Shown here piece by piece: positions 23,350 through 32,000 of a stretch of DNA of 32,000 nt (positions within the stretch are counted from its first letter, which is position 1; each line of letters starts with the position of its first letter). Position numbers and translations under genes: made by a program. The DNA is from an uncultured bacterium (GTDB lineage Bacteria; Auribacterota; JACPWU01), in the NCBI GenBank assembly GCA_964640155.1, contig CAZXEQ010000002.1, forward strand, positions 330,001 through 362,000, written 5' to 3'. The notes under the pieces were generated by a model. The model made no database searches and was not told where the DNA came from. It worked only from the letters and a program-made list of their open reading frames with translations.

Positions 23350-25551
23350 TCACTCAACATGAATATTCACTTTTGCTGAAGCGCCTGTTTCGTCTGTAAC
23401 GTAAATCTCATGCAGGCCAGGTTGAGGAATCCAAAAAAGAGCTTTTTCTGGACGGGTTTTCCCTATGAGAAGCCCATTCACAAACCACCATCGCCAGGAA
23501 TGAGGCGATCCTCCTATAGACTGAAGAGGTAGTTTTTGATTTTTTTGAAAAGAGGGGGCGTCTAAGAAAAATTTTTGATTTGAAGAAATAGAAGAAATGG
23601 TTAGTTTAGAAATATCTTTTTCAAGTTCAATAGATTTTGCTAAACCTTCGTCCTGGATTTGAGGCCATGGTTTATTTTTCGGCTTTAAGCAAGATAGAAG
23701 TTTTAAAGTCAAGGGTGCTGCCAAAGTTTGTCCAACTAATTCATGAGAGCCTTTCCCAAGAGAGTTTCCAAGCCATGTTACAAGTGTGTATTCATGTGTT
23801 ACTGCTACACACCAAGCATCTTTGTGTGCACTGCTTGTGCCTGTTTTCCAGGCAGGATTAAATGGAATGGCTTCAGGACAAACAGCGTAAGTTCGTTTGG
23901 GATCACTTAAGGCATTCAGTACTTGCCAGCATGCTTTTTGAGATAATATATTTTGATGGTGTGAATAAAAGTGCGGTCCTTTAAAAAGTGGCGGGTCCTG
24001 CCACTCGTCAGCCCCAACGTGCTCACTAAAAGTTGCGCGCGATGGGGCCCCCCGCCGAGTGTCACCCGCATCTGTAAAGGACACACTTTTATCTACAGGA
24101 TTTACATTTTGTGTGGCAGTGTCAGTATTAGATGTTAAAAGAGGAATATAAGTGACAGGCAGATGAATTCCTCCTCGCCCCAGTGTTGCAAAAGCTTCTG
24201 CAAGTTCTATAGGAGAAGCCTCGGCTCCTCCTATAGCTAAAGAAAGGCCATATCGATCTGGAAATTGCTCCAGTCTTTTAAATCCTAAACTTTGTAAAAT
24301 TCCAACTACGCGAGCGATGCCTATTTTAGAAAGTAAAATCATGGCGGGGATATTTCGACTTTGAGCAAGTGCTTCTGCCGCACACATAAAGCCTCTAAAA
24401 GTATGATCAAAATTGCTAGGGGTGTAGCCCTCCCAGCTCAAAGGAAGGTCTTTTAAAATTGTTGTGGGGGTGCAAATTCCTGCTTCAAAAGCGGCTGCGT
24501 AAATAAATGGTTTTAATGTAGAACCTGTTGAATAGTAACGGTTGGATAAATCTAAATTATTTGCATCGTCACATAAATTAATCGAGGCCAAACACTCAGA
24601 AGTTTGTGTGTTTAAAAGAACAAGTGAAAGAGCGTTGATCTGAGAAGATTTTAACTTTTCGAATTCTTGTTTGGCTATGAGGGTTAACTGCTCTTGAATA
24701 TCTTTATCTAAAGAGGTTTTAAATTTTCCTTGTTGAAATTTTTCCTTTAAGGTCAGTAAGATGGGCAGAATTCCTGATTTTTTTTCTTGTGGCAGAGCTT
24801 GCCATGTGGCTTGAATAGGTTCTTCAATAGCGCGTGCGTAATCTTGCTCAGAGATCATTTTTTCTGATAACATTCGAAACAAAACGTGATTACGTCTCTT
24901 AAGTGCACGTTCTATAAAACGATCTGGGCGATAGCGATTGGGACTTTGAGGAAGGCCTGCCAAAAGGGCAGCTTGGCTTAAAGAAAGATTGCGACATGAA
25001 ATTCCAAAATATCTCCAGCTTGCAGCACCTACCCCGATTAAATTCCCTCCCAAAGGACATCGATTGAGATATTCTGTCAAAATTTCATTCTTACTCATTT
25101 TTCTTTCTAATTGATAAGCACGAATAGATTCAATCAGTTTGGATGAGAAAGTCCGTGGTTTTGGATAACGTAAATGTTCAACTTGCATGGTAAGAGTGCT
25201 TGCGCCACGTATGATTTTCATGGCTTTAAAATCTTGCCAAAGAGCAGCAGCAACGCCAATCCAGTCCACTCCATGGTGTTGATAAAAACGATGATCTTCG
25301 ACGGCAACAATTGCTTTAAAAAGATAAGGGCTTATTTCTTCTTCTTTTAATGGAAAATACCATTCATTTTTTTCTGAAACAAAAGCCCCCAAAGGCTTTC
25401 CTTCTCGATCTTCTATCCAAAGGCTGGGTGGAGGTTTTGGAGTGGGAGGATAAGACCAGGAGTAAACTGCAATAGAAAACGAAATACAAATAAAACTGAA
25501 TACGCTAATAATTCCCAGTATGAAAATTTTGAAAGAATGTTTAATGGTCAT
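23350..25551 (-). CDS. pbpC: penicillin-binding protein 1C
   Basis: GT51 motifs EDHRFYQHHGVD and RGASTLTMQ. Transpeptidase motifs STGSTLKPF (SxxK), SRN and KTGTS. A C-terminal PBP1C-type beta domain. A 4-nt overlap with the upstream alpha-2-macroglobulin gene. It carries repeat copy E2 in frame. Confidence 0.9.
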   Translation of the reverse strand: MTIKHSFKIFILGIISVFSFICISFSIAVYSWSYPPTPKPPPSLWIEDREGKPLGAFVSEKNEWYFPLKEEEISPYLFKAIVAVEDHRFYQHHGVDWIGVAAALWQDFKAMKIIRGASTLTMQVEHLRYPKPRTFSSKLIESIRAYQLERKMSKNEILTEYLNRCPLGGNLIGVGAASWRYFGISCRNLSLSQAALLAGLPQSPNRYRPDRFIERALKRRNHVLFRMLSEKMISEQDYARAIEEPIQATWQALPQEKKSGILPILLTLKEKFQQGKFKTSLDKDIQEQLTLIAKQEFEKLKSSQINALSLVLLNTQTSECLASINLCDDANNLDLSNRYYSTGSTLKPFIYAAAFEAGICTPTTILKDLPLSWEGYTPSNFDHTFRGFMCAAEALAQSRNIPAMILLSKIGIARVVGILQSLGFKRLEQFPDRYGLSLAIGGAEASPIELAEAFATLGRGGIHLPVTYIPLLTSNTDTATQNVNPVDKSVSFTDAGDTRRGAPSRATFSEHVGADEWQDPPLFKGPHFYSHHQNILSQKACWQVLNALSDPKRTYAVCPEAIPFNPAWKTGTSSAHKDAWCVAVTHEYTLVTWLGNSLGKGSHELVGQTLAAPLTLKLLSCLKPKNKPWPQIQDEGLAKSIELEKDISKLTISSISSNQKFFLDAPSFQKNQKLPLQSIGGSPHSWRWWFVNGLLIGKTRPEKALFWIPQPGLHEIYVTDETGASAKVNIHVE
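23967..24090. repeat. GC-rich palindromic element, copy E2 (inside pbpC, reading frame kept open)
   Basis: It has the same termini and core as E1. It is translated on the minus strand as DKSVSFTDAGDTRRGAPSRATFSEHVGADEWQDPPLFKGPHFY, between the SRN and KTG motifs of the transpeptidase domain. Confidence 0.85.
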
Positions 25552-28500
25552 GAATGTGAATGGGTTGCAATTTTCATTGTTTCATTGTCACGACTGATGC
25601 TGTTAATTGAAATATCATACATGCATTCAGCTTTTACAGGGGGAACAGTAAAAGTTCCAGGAGTCACAGCCCTGGCTAGATAAGTATATTGTGCTTTCCC
25701 TTTGTCTAACATTTTTCCGTAGAGCACAAGACGATCATCACGAATATCGATATGACTATCCATAAATGTAGTTTGAGTAGGGTCTTTGAGAATAGAAGCT
25801 GAAGTTGCAAGCCTTGGATTTTCAATTTCAAGTCCAGCGGGAAGCAAATCTTCAATGACCATATTGTCATAACCCAAAGGACATTCTAGATGTATCTCTA
25901 CTTGTATCAAGTCTCCACTACAAATTTTATCTAGGGCGATTGCGTGTCCCTGTTGATCAAGATATCTTTTTCTCACACTTATCCCATGATCTTCATTTAA
26001 AGGAGGCTCTTTGGCAAGGCCTGTGATGCTCCATGCAACATAGCCCTTTGTTTTTTCAGCTCCTGAGATTTTAACTGAAAATTCTTTCCCATTCAGAAAT
26101 TTATTTGAAGAATTCCAGAGAAGAGAATCTCCATTCCCTGTTTCAGAAATTTTCTCTGTCCCCGCCCAAAGTTCGGCTGATGTAAAAGGTTCTCCAAAAT
26201 CTGTTTCCTTTAAATAAGACCCCAGTGCAAGAAGAGCAAAAGCATGATCTTGCGTACTTTGCCATTTTTTTTCGCCGCCGGCTTGGGCAAGTTCTTTAAC
26301 CAATTTGGGAAGGGCTGGATTTTGTGGATCAAGTTCAATCAGACTTTGAATTAAAATAGCTTGATCTCGAATAGGGGACCCAATGTTTCCAGATAGGTCT
26401 CTGTTTTGGCGAGGGTGAGGTAGATTCTGAGGAATTAACTTTAAGGCCAAATCTCGTCTGCCAGAATAAAGCCAGGCCAGGGCAAGATAAAAGCGAGTTG
26501 AAGGATGGATGCTAGAGGAGATAGAAGTTGGGAGAGTGGAAGGTCTTTGAAAAATATCTTCCAGACGTGACATCATGGATCTCTGGGGATATCCCGCTTT
26601 AGCAAGAACAAAACAGGCATAAGCCTGAATCTCTAAAATATTGGGTTGATCAGAACTTTCGTTTAATAATTTTCGAACATAATTTAAAAGTCGATCGCGA
26701 AAATCAGTTGGAATAGAGAAGCCGGCGTTTTCTGCTTCGGTGATAAAATGTGTTGCATAAACACTGGCCCAGCTCCAGCTCTCAGTATAGCCAGGCCACA
26801 TAGCAAGTCCCCCTTCAGCTGTTTGCATACTGATCAAACGATTAAGAGCTGTTTCAACTCTTTGATGAATGTATTGAGTATTAAATGGTTCTGGGAAAAT
26901 CTTCTCTCCTAGTTTTTGCAATCCAATGAGAGGAAAGGTGGTGCTAACCGTTTGTTCGGCACATCCATGGGGGTATTCATTGAGATAATCCAAAGCCTTT
27001 GTCAGATTTAAAGTGGGAAATGGAGTTACGTGAATATTCAACTGTGTTGTTCCCTCAATCCATTTTTCTGGAATTCTGATTTTAAAATCTTGATGGGGTT
27101 TAAGGGTTGCATATCCTCCTTCAGAAATTGAAGGACAGGCAGGACGAATAGGGAATATGAGATTTTGCTGATATTCTTGTCCATTGAGTTGCGCTTTGAT
27201 TTTAAGACGAGCTATTCCCATTTTATTCTTAGCTTTCAAAGGAATGGTGATCACGGTTTGAGCGTTATCGGGAATGGAGTTTGTAGTAAAATTGATTTTT
27301 CTTTCGGAGGAGTGTGGAAAATAAACAGGACTTTTATTGTCTAGTTCTATTGAGAGGTTAGCAATGCCTTCACTTCCCGTATGATTGAAAATGACAATCG
27401 GTATTTCAAAATGATCATTATTTGCAGCAAAGCGAGGAGTAGTACTTTGTAACATGAGAGGAGATTTAACAAAAATGGGCTTAGATGCTGATCCAAAAAA
27501 TTTTTTAGAATGAGCAATGGCCATGACTCGCAATTGACCTGTGAATTCTGGAAGACGAAAATCAACTTTTACGTTTCCATTTTCGTCACAGCGAAGTACT
27601 TTTGAAACAAGTGCAACATTTTTCATACGTTGTATAGACAATGGAGTTAAATGACGTGGCTCATAACCTCCATCTCCTCCCACCGAACTTTTAGGATTTA
27701 TTTTTGGAATCTCTGGGAAAAGTTCTCCATAAAGATCTGAAACAAATACGTTCAAAGCTCGATTTCGATGAAAGAATGAAAAAGGATCTGGGGGTGAGAA
27801 ATTCGTGAGTTGAAGAATCCCTTCATCTACGATTAACAAAGTGACCCTTGCATTTTTAGCAGGTTTATTTTGAGGGGTTAAAACTTTTGCTTCAACACGG
27901 ATTTTGTTTTTGGGCAGGATTTCTTTTTTTGTTTGAATCTTTATTTTCAGCTTTTGATCGTTATTGTTGATCGCAAGGCGAGTCACGCCAAAAGCACGAT
28001 GGATTTTCCATGGAGCCTTGGAATGGACGGGCTGAATCACCGTCGCACTTACATAGGCATTGGGACGATAGCTTTCTAAAATATCAATCGGAATAGATAT
28101 ATGAGATTGTGTCATGGTCAGAACTTTGTGAAAGAGAACATTCTCTGTTTCTATCGTTAAAAGAAGTTGCCCTGGGAAAGGACTGCGAACAATGACTTGC
28201 GCTTGACCTCCAACTTTCAAAGAGGACGAATATCTATTAAAGTGCGTCTTTTTAAAAAGAAGTGGGTCCTGCCGCTCGTCAGCCCCATCGTGCTCAGTAA
28301 AAGTTGCGCTCGATGGGGCCCCCCGCCGAGCGTCACCCACATTTTTAGAATCATTTTTTAATTCTTTGCCCATAGGAATAATTTCAATTTGTAATTGCTC
28401 TGGGTTCTCTCGAGAGACTGAATCCTCCCAGCCATTTTCACTGCTCACATAAAATCCATGTGAAGTGAAGCTGCCTGTTTGAGAATCTTTGATAGCAATC

Positions 28501-31289
28501 ACATAAGACCCTTCACTGGGAGGAATGATTTCAAAATGTCCTTTCTCTTGTTCTAAAATTGCATAAGAAGAAGATGCTTTTTCCAGTATACGTGTTGAGT
28601 CATAATGATAGCTCCCATCGCGATAGGTCATGATATTGTTCCAAGTCTCACGAAAAAGTTGTATCTCCATTTGTTTCGAAATCTTGGCTATTTGCCCATG
28701 CCCAGAAACACATGCAATATCAAAAACATACGGAGAACCGGGCTGAGCTTTTTGATTTTGTTGAGGACGTATGCCGACATAATATGGAACAGTATCAATG
28801 AAAACTCTTTTTGTGGCACTGACAGCCCTACCGCCCATTTCTTGAACACTTCCCAGAACAGTTAATTGCCAGGGACCCGTATACGAGGGGGTTTCTTTTA
28901 TAAGAGAGTTCGGGGGGTGATTGAGAAGAAGAGAAAGATCTACTTTCCATTCACCTTTGCCTTTCTCATTTAATTTAATCTTAGGCGACTCAATCGATTG
29001 TCCTTGGGGAAGAATACCTCCAAGTGTTTTAAAAGCATTGGCAGAATCTGTGAAAGTCCATTCTTTCCAATGTTTGGGTTTGAATGGTGCAGGATCGAGA
29101 CGACTTGAAAGTGTTGCATCTGTTCCTGAAGCAGGTTGTCCAAAAAGATAGTTTGCTGCAATATGAACTGAAAGAGATTGTGAGGATAAAGTATAGCGAT
29201 CATGGCGAATATTTTTTAAATTTAAAGCAACTTTCATTCTATCGGGAATAAATTCCTCAACAAAAAAAGAAGTTGTTCCAAATGTTTTAGCATCAGCATC
29301 TTTTGATTTTGGAAGGCCAATGGATACAGTCCAATTTCCAGTGGGAATATCTTGAGGTAATTTGACAGAAAGGTAAACCATTCCAGAACTGTCCACCTTG
29401 GCCATGTGTCCTTTCCAATTTCTCCCATCGGGCCTATAAAATTGACACCAGACAGGAAATTCTTCGGGGGTACTTAAATGAGGCCCTCGAATGATTGCCC
29501 AGAGATGGACTTTTTCACCGGGTCTATAGGCTCCACGTTCAGAGTAGACAAAAGCTTCATAGGCTTTGGATGAATAAGGACTCCCAGAAATATCAAAATG
29601 AGAATAGGAAAGTTCGCTTGTTCTTAAATCTAACCATGTCAAATGGGCGGGCTCTGTGGCAGCGTTAAAATTTGCAACTACTACGACAGGTTTCTCATCG
29701 TTAGAGGTTTCAATGGTATTGATTTTAATAATACCATTTTCATCAGAAATTCCTTCTCCCAAAAGTTGATTCTTATTGGAAAATAAGCGAATGCGTACAT
29801 GCTCCATGGGTTTACCTGTACTTAAAGACAGAGTCCAAACAAAAAGACCATGAGGGAATCTCTTGGCCACTAAACCAATGTCAGATAATGTAACAACCGT
29901 TGTATCGGATAACTCCCAGGCATATCCTTGATTCTCATTCTCGGCTTTGATTTGAATTTCATAAACCCCATTTTGCTTGAGATTTTCAGGCAGGAGCTCA
30001 TCCAAGGATAAATGAATATCCTGAACTTTATTTTTCTCCATTTCTAATTTAAGAGATTTTTGTGCGATTACTTGACTAAAATGATGAAGACCCATCCATT
30101 GATTCTCATAAACCGTGTTTCTCCAATGGACAATATTATTCTCATACATTTTTGTGAGAGTGATTTGAATGTTTTGAACATTGATAGCGTGAGCTAGAAT
30201 CATTCGATTCCCTTTAGCTCCCAAAAACCCATGATCCTGTTCAAACCACACAGAAGCCTTACGATCTGGGATAAAAACACTAAAGAGATCTTCCTGAGGA
30301 TAATTTTTCGAATCATTTTTGATGCGAGGTGCATTTACTTTCAATGCATATCGGTTTCCAGGGATAAAATCTGCCTCAAGACTGACTCCAAACCATTCTC
30401 GAATCAGTGTGAAGGGTAAAATAGGTTCAATAGAAAGAATTTCTTTTAAAATTTCTATATCGACATCATTATTGAAATAAAGTTGCAGTCTAATTTTTCC
30501 TTTTGAAGAAGAATAAGGTTCTACTTTTGTAATCATTAAGTGGCGGTTAAGGGTCAATTGCGTTTCATAAAGATTGGTTAATCCTAAAGGCCCACTAATC
30601 CCACATAGTCCTTCTCGAATCCTTACAATCACTTGAAGATAAGAGGATATATTTTGATAGAGAAAAGGAGTGGGCTCTGTCATCACGCGTATCACATTTG
30701 CGGTTACGCCTTCATAAAGGCGAAAAGGGATTTTTTGATGAACCAGAGATTCAATCTCCAGAAATTTTGCAACTTCAGTTGGAAGCATTTTGTCGTTAAA
30801 TTCAATTTCAATCATAAACTGATTTTTTTCGTCAAAGGCTGCTTGGCGTACAGATAAAATTTGCAAGGCTGGGGTTTTGACGGTTGCAGAATACGACTGA
30901 TTCAGTAAAAACCCTTCCTTGGACTTTAAAGAATGAAGAGGAAAAGTAAAAGTAAAGGCTGTTGCTTTGGGGAGGTCTTTCTGGGGTGTAAAAGTAAGCT
31001 TTCGAGTGTTCACCCATTCCCAATGTCCAGGGATGAGGTAAGACGCATCGCCTGAACTCTTGATGATGACTTTGGATGAAACATCTTCACAAACCATATC
31101 TAAATTAAATTCCCAGGATAAAACAGGCCGTGTTCCTGTCTCAATATTGTTTCCTGGGTTAAAGCGTTCTATTTTAAGAACATTGAGCGTTTTTAATTGA
31201 TAAGCATGATGAAATGCTGCCCAGGCAAGAATATTTGTAATTGCAAAACAAAAAACGGTTATCCAAAATCGTTTGTGTAACATGAACAT
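25548..31289 (-). CDS. bacterial alpha-2-macroglobulin family protein (YfhM/ECAM-like)
   Basis: This is a 1913-aa ORF with an N-terminal hydrophobic anchor, many MG-type beta domains, and the thioester motif GCAEQ. GGAGA precedes the third-codon ATG (31283) at good spacing, so 31283 may be the true start. It carries repeat copy E3 in frame. Confidence 0.9.
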   Translation of the reverse strand: MFMLHKRFWITVFCFAITNILAWAAFHHAYQLKTLNVLKIERFNPGNNIETGTRPVLSWEFNLDMVCEDVSSKVIIKSSGDASYLIPGHWEWVNTRKLTFTPQKDLPKATAFTFTFPLHSLKSKEGFLLNQSYSATVKTPALQILSVRQAAFDEKNQFMIEIEFNDKMLPTEVAKFLEIESLVHQKIPFRLYEGVTANVIRVMTEPTPFLYQNISSYLQVIVRIREGLCGISGPLGLTNLYETQLTLNRHLMITKVEPYSSSKGKIRLQLYFNNDVDIEILKEILSIEPILPFTLIREWFGVSLEADFIPGNRYALKVNAPRIKNDSKNYPQEDLFSVFIPDRKASVWFEQDHGFLGAKGNRMILAHAINVQNIQITLTKMYENNIVHWRNTVYENQWMGLHHFSQVIAQKSLKLEMEKNKVQDIHLSLDELLPENLKQNGVYEIQIKAENENQGYAWELSDTTVVTLSDIGLVAKRFPHGLFVWTLSLSTGKPMEHVRIRLFSNKNQLLGEGISDENGIIKINTIETSNDEKPVVVVANFNAATEPAHLTWLDLRTSELSYSHFDISGSPYSSKAYEAFVYSERGAYRPGEKVHLWAIIRGPHLSTPEEFPVWCQFYRPDGRNWKGHMAKVDSSGMVYLSVKLPQDIPTGNWTVSIGLPKSKDADAKTFGTTSFFVEEFIPDRMKVALNLKNIRHDRYTLSSQSLSVHIAANYLFGQPASGTDATLSSRLDPAPFKPKHWKEWTFTDSANAFKTLGGILPQGQSIESPKIKLNEKGKGEWKVDLSLLLNHPPNSLIKETPSYTGPWQLTVLGSVQEMGGRAVSATKRVFIDTVPYYVGIRPQQNQKAQPGSPYVFDIACVSGHGQIAKISKQMEIQLFRETWNNIMTYRDGSYHYDSTRILEKASSSYAILEQEKGHFEIIPPSEGSYVIAIKDSQTGSFTSHGFYVSSENGWEDSVSRENPEQLQIEIIPMGKELKNDSKNVGDARRGAPSSATFTEHDGADERQDPLLFKKTHFNRYSSSLKVGGQAQVIVRSPFPGQLLLTIETENVLFHKVLTMTQSHISIPIDILESYRPNAYVSATVIQPVHSKAPWKIHRAFGVTRLAINNNDQKLKIKIQTKKEILPKNKIRVEAKVLTPQNKPAKNARVTLLIVDEGILQLTNFSPPDPFSFFHRNRALNVFVSDLYGELFPEIPKINPKSSVGGDGGYEPRHLTPLSIQRMKNVALVSKVLRCDENGNVKVDFRLPEFTGQLRVMAIAHSKKFFGSASKPIFVKSPLMLQSTTPRFAANNDHFEIPIVIFNHTGSEGIANLSIELDNKSPVYFPHSSERKINFTTNSIPDNAQTVITIPLKAKNKMGIARLKIKAQLNGQEYQQNLIFPIRPACPSISEGGYATLKPHQDFKIRIPEKWIEGTTQLNIHVTPFPTLNLTKALDYLNEYPHGCAEQTVSTTFPLIGLQKLGEKIFPEPFNTQYIHQRVETALNRLISMQTAEGGLAMWPGYTESWSWASVYATHFITEAENAGFSIPTDFRDRLLNYVRKLLNESSDQPNILEIQAYACFVLAKAGYPQRSMMSRLEDIFQRPSTLPTSISSSIHPSTRFYLALAWLYSGRRDLALKLIPQNLPHPRQNRDLSGNIGSPIRDQAILIQSLIELDPQNPALPKLVKELAQAGGEKKWQSTQDHAFALLALGSYLKETDFGEPFTSAELWAGTEKISETGNGDSLLWNSSNKFLNGKEFSVKISGAEKTKGYVAWSITGLAKEPPLNEDHGISVRKRYLDQQGHAIALDKICSGDLIQVEIHLECPLGYDNMVIEDLLPAGLEIENPRLATSASILKDPTQTTFMDSHIDIRDDRLVLYGKMLDKGKAQYTYLARAVTPGTFTVPPVKAECMYDISINSISRDNETMKIATHSHS
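26952..26963 (-). other. thioester motif C-A-E-Q of the alpha-2-macroglobulin
   Basis: The minus-strand codons TGT GCC GAA CAA lie in frame with the ATG at 31289 (Cys is codon 1443), in the context YPHGCAEQTVS. Confidence 0.8.
28239..28359. repeat. GC-rich palindromic element, copy E3 (inside the alpha-2-macroglobulin gene, reading frame kept open)
   Basis: The core is GTGGGTCCTGCCGCTCGTCAGCCCC...GGGGCCCCCCGCCGAGCGTCACCCAC. The right terminus is degenerate. It is translated as NDSKNVGDARRGAPSSATFTEHDGADERQDPLLFKKTHF, in the same element frame as E2. Confidence 0.8.
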
Positions 31290-31361
31290 TCTCCAAAATC
31301 CAAAGTTTTTTAGTTAGAAATAGTAGGAAAATAATCTCACATATAAACTTAAGTCCTCGGG

Positions 31362-31495
31362 CTTTTCACCGTCCTTTAGGATGAGGTAAGAAACGGGGCC
31401 TGCCACTCGTCAGCCCTACCGTGCTCATGAAAAATTGCGCGCGGGGCGGGGCTCCCCCCGCCGAGTGTCACCCGTATTGTAAAGGACACACTTTT
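31362..31495. repeat. GC-rich palindromic element, copy E4 (upstream of the alpha-2-macroglobulin gene)
   Basis: The core is GGGGCCTGCCACTCGTCAGCCC...GGGGCTCCCCCCGCCGAGTGTCACCCG. The right terminus AAAGGACACACTTTT is intact. The left terminus is partly degenerate, so the left boundary is approximate. Confidence 0.75.
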
Positions 31496-31709
31496 TTACA
31501 CACGATCGGGAAAATTTTCTTAAAAACACTTTGAGATTTTCGAGAAGCAGGGTCAAGAAGAAAACAGAAGTGATTTATAAAATACGAAGTAACTCGCTGA
31601 AGGAGAGAAAGTAGGGATAAAATTTTTTTGAAAAATTATTTTACAATTAAAAAAACTTGAAGATTTTTCTAAATCTCAAGCTCGAAGTTTAAGGGATTTC
31701 TCAAAAGGA

Positions 31710-32000
31710 TTAAAGCTTTCTTACTTTGACATGAGCTTCTTCTAATAAGCGTAGACTTACATCCCCTACAGAATAGGCATGACTATAAACAACTTCTTTG
31801 ATGCCACTATTGATAATCATTTTGGTACACATCAGACAAGGTGAAAAAGTAGAGTAAATTGTAGAGTCTTTAATGCTGACCCCATGATAAGCCGATTGTG
31901 TGATCGCATTTTCTTCAGCATGTGAGCATAAACATTCATCGAGCTGAGTCCCTTGTTGGGAGAAGCTGTTGCATCGTAGACAACCTCCATCCATACAATT
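31710..32000 (-). CDS. dCMP deaminase (ComEB-like), N-terminus beyond the window
   Basis: Zinc motifs HAEENAI and PCLMCTKMIINSGI. The frame stays open from 31994 to the window edge, and known family members have about 50 more N-terminal residues. Confidence 0.8.
   Translation of the reverse strand, partial: NCMDGGCLRCNSFSQQGTQLDECLCSHAEENAITQSAYHGVSIKDSTIYSTFSPCLMCTKMIINSGIKEVVYSHAYSVGDVSLRLLEEAHVKVRKL

Noticed and set aside
14366-31495. CRISPR array, considered because of the repeated GC-rich palindromic units.
   Set aside because: The copies are about 124 bp long, irregularly spaced by 0.6 to 9 kb, and have terminal inverted repeats. There are no short uniform spacers and no cas genes.

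Overview
This is an AT-rich bacterial chromosomal window of densely packed housekeeping genes. There are no rRNA genes, CRISPR arrays, transposases or integrases.

Plus-strand genes, in order:
- a DKNYY-repeat protein whose 5' end runs off the window
- a TfoX-N protein
- a CoA-disulfide-reductase/2x rhodanese/DUF2892 fusion
- an RlmI-like methyltransferase
- tRNA-Ser(CGA)
- a small membrane protein
- tRNA-Arg(ACG) and tadA
- tRNA-Ser(GCU)
- a NAT-like protein and a DUF4416 protein
- dnaX-recR
- ftsH-folP-cdaA-cdaR-glmM
- pdxJ-acpS-nnr-lipoprotein

Minus-strand genes:
- a SAM-dependent methyltransferase at 6913-7602
- a zinc-ribbon/beta-propeller membrane protein preceded by a 29-aa ORF
- greA
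- an alpha-2-macroglobulin/PBP1C operon
- a partial dCMP deaminase

Two repeat families stand out.
1. A GC-rich, roughly 124-bp hairpin-forming element with terminal inverted repeats occurs five times, always in the same orientation. Three copies are intergenic. Two sit inside the open reading frames of pbpC and the alpha-2-macroglobulin gene, in the same frame, and add homologous peptides of about 40 aa. This resembles the Rickettsia palindromic elements. Stem positions co-vary between copies.
2. Each of the three tRNA genes is followed by a related 70-200 nt GC-rich element. Its 3' end duplicates the tRNA 3' end, and its 5' end is the inverted complement of that segment.

Lesser items are an A9 tract in dnaX with early stops in both alternative frames, a 137-bp inverted-repeat element upstream of dnaX, and a G-quadruplex motif.
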